Shown: in pieces, positions 56,839 to 64,000 of the stretch
How the letters are laid out: each line of letters begins with the position of its first letter
How positions within the stretch are numbered: position 1 is the first letter of the stretch
Source: Eledone cirrhosa
Taxonomy: Eukaryota
Reading direction: 5' to 3'
Assembly: GCA_964016885.1 (NCBI GenBank)
Contig: OZ024740.1
Location: 130,324,001-130,388,000 of the forward strand
DNA length: 64,000 bases
The notes under the pieces: generated by a model
What the model was told of the DNA's origin: nothing
The model's database searches: none
Seen by the model: the letters and a program-made list of their open reading frames with translations, nothing else
Position numbers and translations under genes: made by a program

Positions 56839-58035
56839 CTAGCAGCAGGACCAGGCGTTGCACGAGGTAGGAAACATGAAATAACAACACGCATGTGCAA
56901 ATATTGGGAATGTAGCTGTGTACTTTTTGAATTTCGTTATTCTCATGGAATGATTTTTCATTTACTGGAAACGTTAGATTCCACCAGCAGGCCGAATCCA
57001 CTAGTCCCAGTGTCAGTGGGCTGATTGCGGAAATCCTGTATGCGAAAGGAGTACGTAAGTGTGGTGGGGCGATGTATGTAGTAAGTCTGTTCATGAATTA
57101 AGTGATGGATGGGGAACACACGTCAGTCTGAAGGAGCGACGTAGTCAATTGTGTGAAAATCAAGTAGGGATGTACGTTTAAGTAGGGATATTGAGATGAG
57201 AAAATCAGCGTGGCAACGCAGCTGCAGCAGAAGGGGGTCATAGTGCAATTAGCATAAACGCTGGGCGGCACTGGTTGCACTGCGTTTACACAGCAACCAA
57301 GGTGCAACAAAAAGGGTCACCGCGGAATTAACACAACCACAGTTCAGCGTACTTGCGCAGAGCGTTGATACTGTAGTGTATGTTCCACAAAAGGGGTCTT
57401 AGTAGAAGTAGCATAGTCGTGAATGTTATGGTGTCAACAACACGGCAACTTACACAGGGCCCGGATTTGCGCGTGATGAAAACATGAACCGCCCCAGGGC
57501 GCAGACAAAAATGTTAAGGTCCTCCTCATTTCCGCAATCCCCCAAGAAAGGGCCCTGCTTAAAAGTAAGTATATTTTGTGTCCTCTGTTAAATAAACAAA
57601 ATTGTTTACGAAAGAGTATACGCTACTTACGATGTTTAAGAAGCGTTTATATTGAAAATGAAAATGGCATGTAATGCCCAATGCTAATTGGTAAATTTCC
57701 TAGAAACCATTAATGGAGTCGGAAATTTTTTTCCACAGCAAAGCGAAGGGACTAACTAATGTATGTTGCAAATTTCGAGGAAATCAGCTGGATTATCTTT
57801 AAATTACGCCTAAATAAAGTCTAACAATGCCCTATAATGCGTTTTGTTTGCCTAATGCGGGCCCTACGGTAGAAAAAGTTAAAATTTTAGCCCGTTCCAC
57901 TCTAAGAAATATAAGCAACGCATGTGTAAAGACTGAAAAAAATCGCTCGAGTACTTCTCGAGTATTAGGCATTTACGCACACAGACAGACACACCGACAG
58001 GGACACAGACATCCTCTGCTTTATATACATATAGA
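56839..58035 (-). mobile_element. Non-autonomous Helitron (Lep1-like architecture)
   Basis: Minus strand starts A|TCTATATGTATATAAAG with (CTGT)n-like repeats and ends in the hairpin cctcgtgcaacgcctgg then CTAG|T. No TSD. Confidence 0.7.
57455..57557. mobile_element. Small MITE-like insert inside the Helitron
   Basis: Termini cagggccc…gggccctg with an imperfect flank duplication cttaca/cttaaa. Confidence 0.45.
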
Positions 58036-58611
58036 TATATAGTTATACATACATACATACATACATATATATAAATACACACTCACACACACACTCATAT
58101 ATATATACATATATATATATATATACACATGAGTTTGTGCATGTGAGAGAGTAAGAAAGCTAGTGTGTGTAACTGGGTGTTTTTATGTGTTTGTGTTGAA
58201 CCACATGTAAAAACGATATGAAATATAGTTAGAATTTAATTAAATGTTAAAATGTAAAGTATTATATTTGCTTGCATGTTTTAAGTTTGCCCTTACACGT
58301 ATAAAAAAATCATTTAGGTGACTCAGTGCATTCGTGATTAAATTAGATACACTCATACAATCATATTTACAGGAATTTGTTCCATCACATTTTTTGTCCC
58401 GTTAGTAACAAGATAGAATAACGAGCAACGCCTACATAGACACTACTAATATGTTGCTGCTACTACTAATATACCGCTGCTGCTATAATCATAGTTTCAT
58501 TATTTACTGCAATGTTCAATACATTTAAGGTTAGTGCGAAGAGGAAAGACAAATGTTTAAAAGGCAACATCAATAGATATTTTAGATAGAAATAGCTCGT
58601 AATAATGACAA

Positions 58612-58790
58612 CATAGGGGGAATTTAGAAAAAATCTCAACATGTTCCTCCAGTAATATCAATCCTTATGTCACAATAAGAGGGAATTTAGAGAAAATATC
58701 AATATTTTCCTCCTGTAATGTCAATCGTTATGTCAAAATAAGGGTGAATTTAGAGAAAATCTCAACATGTTAAGCTGTAATGTCAATACT
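58612..58790. repeat. 63-bp minisatellite, ~2.8 units
   Basis: gaatttag recurs at 58620, 58683 and 58746. Confidence 0.9.
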
Positions 58791-58829
58791 CATGTTTGCT
58801 GTCATTTACTAAGAAAAATGATAGTTTTG

Positions 58830-59400
58830 TCATTATGAATCAACTACCCTGATTTTCAAATAACACGAGGGAAATATCTCCTTCAACATACTCAACTCCT
58901 TCCCCAAATGAGAATATTTGGTGTAAAAAAAACAGAATATACCTTGAAAGAATTGAATGATTGCATCCCCCCCCCTATTCGGTTCGTTGTGGAAGTCATG
59001 AAAAGAGTTGAATGATACCAAATCACTTATTGATGAGTATATCCAAGATAGTCTTTCACTACAGTAATTATATGTCTTCGAAATCTGTTCCTGGTCATAT
59101 TGTGTCGCAGTGCTTTTTCCGAATGACGGAGAAATAGATGATGTGGTAATGATCTAGGACTTAAATAATAGTAAATGAGACAATAGTGCTCTCAGATTAG
59201 TGGACATATTCGCCCAATGGAAGAACAGGATTCGTGTCACATTCCGAAAGATTACTCGGAGTTTGAGAAATTACGTTTGAACTGGCTTATCGAGAATTAT
59301 GTAAACGTAAAAGGATTGAAGACTTACTAATGAATGAGATATCGTCTGCGTCATCTTGCTTGAGTTTCCCTCTGAAACATTGTAGATTTTAAGCATATGG
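58830..59400 (-). pseudogene. Degraded piggyBac transposase
   Basis: PSFGK...MTRNRF(ED)I near 59075-59130, then YSHLGKELSM (resembling Y.PG.ELSIDE). Confidence 0.55.
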
Positions 59401-59919
59401 AAACGCCCAGCCATTTCATAGGTTTATAGGGGTTTTGTTGCATTAGCAGATTTGCCTACCGATGGATGACATAGGTTTGTAACAGTTGGCAACATTTATC
59501 ACAAGATTTTTATATTTGTATTCAACTAAGATTTAAGCTATATAGAACTCTCTGTCGGTTTTAAAGTAATGCGAGTGTTGTTTTGATATTGTTACTTCAT
59601 GTTATCTCTGTGGTCTGTGATGGTGGAAAACAACTGCTATATATTTCTCTGACTTCACTTGTTTTCAATATGTTGGTTTTGTCTTCTGCAATTTTCACGG
59701 GGGTGTAACGCCGATGGTAATTATGGCTGTGATAATCCATGGATTACCCTCTCTTCACTCCAAATGACGTAGATATTTGCTTCACAGTCATGGTGTTTTT
59801 TTTTTTGTATTTTTTAAATAAATTTGGGACATAATTATAAAGTAAACAAAGCTTTTCTCATTTACGGATGAAGATAGACAAAGAATAATTAGTACTCTAG
59901 CATCAAAATTTGGACTGAA

Positions 59920-59973
<54 letters not shown>

Positions 59974-60732
59974 TCCAAAAATAGTCATTCTCTGAAAAAG
60001 TAAGCAACAAATCCAGAGAGCACATAAACTATACGAATATTTCGGCGATAAAAGATAACAATAATGTGTTTTGCAGATATTGTATGCATTTAAAACTGAG
60101 TGTATCAAATAATATTCCACGATATAGTGATCTATGTAAATATCGATGGAAATAATTGTAAAGAAGATGAGTAACAAAGACAAACACCAGCACATTTGAG
60201 AAAACGCATAGCAACATTAATTCATTATAATTAACTTGCTTCAAATTTAAATTCAAATTATATGCACACACATATTCCATATAAAATAGGAAACCTTATA
60301 CAAATCCTGTTTTATTATTACACATTTTTCTTGCTCACATGAAATTATCTTGAAGATCCCGAGCCAATAATCTCTGTAAAATATGTGAATTTCCCTATCC
60401 AATACCTCTTTTGAAGATGAACGTTCGTTATATTATATATAATATATGTATTCTGCTATAGCATCGATTACTTATATTTATTCTATCTGAAGTAATCAAT
60501 AAAATTACTGAATAGTCTTCGCACACACACACGCACACGCACACACACACACACACACGCAAATGCACATACACACAGACACACACACACACACACACGC
60601 AAATGCACATACACACAGACACACACACACACATAAATATATATATATATATTTATAATAGTAGTAATAATATTATTATAAACTGGAGTAGTTAAACTGC
60701 TTTAGCTGTTCATTAAAAGCTCAATTCAGTGC

Positions 60733-60779
<47 letters not shown>

Positions 60780-60839
60780 TGCAGATATATATCAATGCAG
60801 TGCGGATATATATCAACGCAGAGATGATATATATTAATT

Positions 60840-61240
60840 TCAGTTGCCCGTTTTGTGGCACATTTTCGTGAAGTTCGTCTTTTGTAGTGAGTGGCAGTCA
60901 GATTTCAAAGGAAAACCGAGACTAGGCGCTCCTGGCATCTGGACTATTGCCTGGTGCTTACAGATCTCTAACAATCGGGCAATTCATTTAGTGTAAATTC
61001 CACTATAGCCGTCAATAGAGGACATGTGGTCGGCTAGAGCGACGATGATCTAGGAGCATCTCTAATCTACGACGAAAACGAGCCAGGCAGTCTGATCTGC
61101 AGTAATCCGTATATTTTCAGAAATCGCTGGGAAAAAAATCGTCAACCTGGGAGCTCTGCCATTCAGAAACAATCTCTTCAGGCATGGACATTTTGTCAGA
61201 CGGAACGGTCCGACATGACGAAATCGTTCTGCAGGCACTC
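60840..61240 (+). pseudogene. Two degraded RTE-clade C-terminal fragments
   Basis: EWQSDFKGKPRLGAPGIW (GKR..GRP...W-like) and HGHFVRRNG…(K)IVLQ. Confidence 0.45.
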
Positions 61241-61338
61241 GAATAATGCCACGCTGTTGCTGAATTGTTGAATATTTGTATTTCTACTTTAGTTTTCTAC
61301 CTTTTATTTATGAAGTTCTGAAGATATTGTCTTACGTT

Positions 61339-61518
61339 CGGTGAATTAGCAGTATCATTAGAGGGTTGGACGCAATGCTTTTTAGTATAGTTACGTCCCA
61401 TTACGGTCTGAGTTCAAATCCCGTCCAGGTTAACTTTGCTTTCATCCTTACGGGGTCGATAAAATAAAGTACCAGTAATGTACTGGGTATTTGTCGGCCT
61501 TGTGCCAAAAGTAGAACA
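61339..61518 (+). mobile_element. Deu/Nin-like SINE; TSD attRtcttacgttcg
   Basis: Family match; the 15-bp flank duplication starts at ~61326 and ~61519. Confidence 0.85.
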
Positions 61519-62152
61519 ATTATCTTACGTTCGTTTATACATTTGCACATCTAGGTTACTCTCAACCCTATTCCTACCGCTAGTTTATATTGCTGACATG
61601 TGTTGTTTTGTTGAACAGCTATCGTCACGTGTTGGACGAATCAGTCTCCATGATTAAAATCCCCACACTGTCTGTGCTTTTGGGGGTGTTGGTGTTGATG
61701 AAGGACAAGCATCATTCCTCTATTTTGTAATGGTGGACGTAACTCAAAGGATTTAAATTAGACACTTTCCTCTTTGGCTAAACTGTCGTCTACTTTTTGA
61801 TGTTTCACTTGGAAAGAAATTTCATGGTGAATAGAGACGTGTTGCCACCACTACATTAGTTAAAATGTTGTGAATGTTTCGAAGATGTTCCGAGTGAATG
61901 GATCAACTCCGACCATGTTCCTGTAGGTTGGCTAGTTTAGAAAGGAGAGGGACATCTTCCTATGGTGCTCGGGCGATTGGGGTGGTTTACGATCTCTGCG
62001 CTTCCTAAGTTACCCCTGGGTGGTACCCCACCTCTCAAGGGAGTTTATTGTTAAAAGTTTATTTATTTACACAATTTCTGTTTTTGTAAAACCCCAGGAC
62101 CAATGACTGTTGTATTGTCCTAATTATTTCGGCCCTAGTGGTCAATAAATAA

Positions 62153-62183
62153 ATTATTATTATTATTATTAGTAGTAGTAGGT

Positions 62184-62238
<55 letters not shown>

Positions 62239-62260
62239 CAACAGTAGTAGTGGTAGCAAC

Positions 62261-62320
<60 letters not shown>

Positions 62321-62322
62321 TA
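62153..62322. repeat. (TTA)n/(TAG)n compound microsatellite
   Basis: Direct observation. Confidence 0.95.
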
Positions 62323-62907
62323 TCAGGTGCTGACAATTTGGGGGAGGAGAAAGAAAGGAAACAATACATTTAGTAATTTTTGAAACTAACAAAATGCATA
62401 GCTTTAATTGATCTAGGCCTCATCACAACTCAGGAATCAGCAGAGAAATTTGATGGAAAGTCACTTTATTATATCATGTAGTAGTGTAAACGAAGAAATG
62501 TTGACACAATAAATCTGCCAACTACTCTGCCAACCCGCTTCACATGAGCACACAAGCGATTATGCTACTATATATATATAGTAATACAGAATATATTTGA
62601 ATAGATTAGTTGTAAAAATGCCAATGTTATTTATTAATTTTCCTTGATCCTAGCCTGTAATTTAAAGTGTTGGTTTTAATTAAACTATCGCATGATGTGA
62701 TTTAATAAACAATATTTTGTTTTTTAGTTGTTTTTAGTATATTAATAATAACTGAATTAATTGATTCATACATTATACTATTTCCTCAACATCTATATTA
62801 TTTAATCTTCCACACACGCACTAGACGGATGCAAACAAGTGTGAAATGATATAAAGCATATATGTTCACACATACGTACACCCAATGAACTACATATATG
62901 GGTGTTA

Positions 62908-62964
<57 letters not shown>

Positions 62965-64000
62965 AATAAATATATATACATATATGTGTATGTGTGTGTA
63001 TGTGTGTGTGTGCACGGGCATATGACTCTGTGTGTTGGGGGGTGTTGTATACCTCATAGCGAATGGCTTCTCATATATTTCTGCATTACTGAAAATGTAT
63101 ATGTGTGCTAAAATGTGCTATTTACTAGTGGGGTGTATATTGAATATATATATAACTATATTCCTGACTAGACACATTAAAATGACGCCTGCTATCTTAC
63201 ATCTCATAATTTTTAATTCCTTGAACATAGGTTACATTAATCTGAATGATCGAGGTTTAAAAATTGAAAACAACCATACAGATGGCCTAATGCATGGTGG
63301 AACGTCCGTGGAAATAACGCAAATTTCATTTCTAATGTAATTCTCTCGGTATGGGATAAAGATTTTAATTCCCTGGGATCTTAATTTAACTTCTGTACAA
63401 CAATTATTTATTTTTTATCATTAAATAGTTATTGATTTAACTGTATTCCTGATCCACAGAACTTATGCCTGGATACTATGGGCAGTTTCCAGAAATCTTT
63501 AGAAAGAAAATTACACAAGCAGCTGTAAATATTCCGATTTTAATCTTCATTAGAATTGAACTGAACGTAACTGATCGAGCTTCCGAACTAGTACTCCTAG
63601 AAAGCGAATTATTTCATTATTTCATACTACAGTAGCTGTTATGTTTTAGGAGCAAACAAACATCTGGCGTTCAGTAAATTCGTTTGACTTATGGGAAAGA
63701 TGACAGATGTCAGTACATCTAAAATACAATCAAGGTTACAAGAAATCAGTGCATATTGTCGTAAATTTAATTCCTATGAATCAAACCACAATTTAGTTAT
63801 TTCCTGTCATTAAGTGTGTTGTATCAGAATTTCTGCTTTTCACCTCTTCCCTACAGCATAATCGATCGATTGCGTTCCATAATTTTCCTTTATTTTGCTG
63901 AATTATTTAATACTCAAGGATATGAATCAGATCAAAATGAGACGTTCTCTTTGGTAAGAATAAATTCCTTTCTTAATTTAAATGGGTTTTTAATGGACGT

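Noticed and set aside
58612-58790. Regularly spaced repeats resembling a CRISPR array
   Set aside because: The whole 63-bp unit repeats with no unique spacers, there are no cas genes, and the context is eukaryotic.
61540-62110. LINE 5' region next to the (TTA)/(TAG) array
   Set aside because: No diagnostic protein or RNA motif could be identified.

Overview
This is AT-rich, microsatellite-dense animal DNA. The repeat repertoire resembles octopus/cephalopod genomes (inference). I found no intact host gene; most long six-frame ORFs are (TA)n/(TG)n artefacts. The window is a graveyard of mobile elements: many Penelope-like retroelements (mostly Naiad-type RT + GIY-YIG, often with inverted termini), an R4/Dong-type LINE end, a near full-length Tx1/L1 LINE in a (TATC)n array, short non-autonomous RTE derivatives, a Deu/Nin-domain SINE family, a non-autonomous Helitron, and piggyBac/hAT/Tc1 remnants. 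The most striking signal is non-coding. At least eight different type I hammerhead ribozyme families can be folded by eye. They include a ~460-nt ORF-less, octamer-bearing retrozyme-like repeat at three loci, two unrelated U3:A8 compensatory core variants, two insertion junctions at predicted self-cleavage sites, and a conserved half-hammerhead motif shared by two different PLE termini. Coordinates of degraded elements are approximate and all folds were done by hand.
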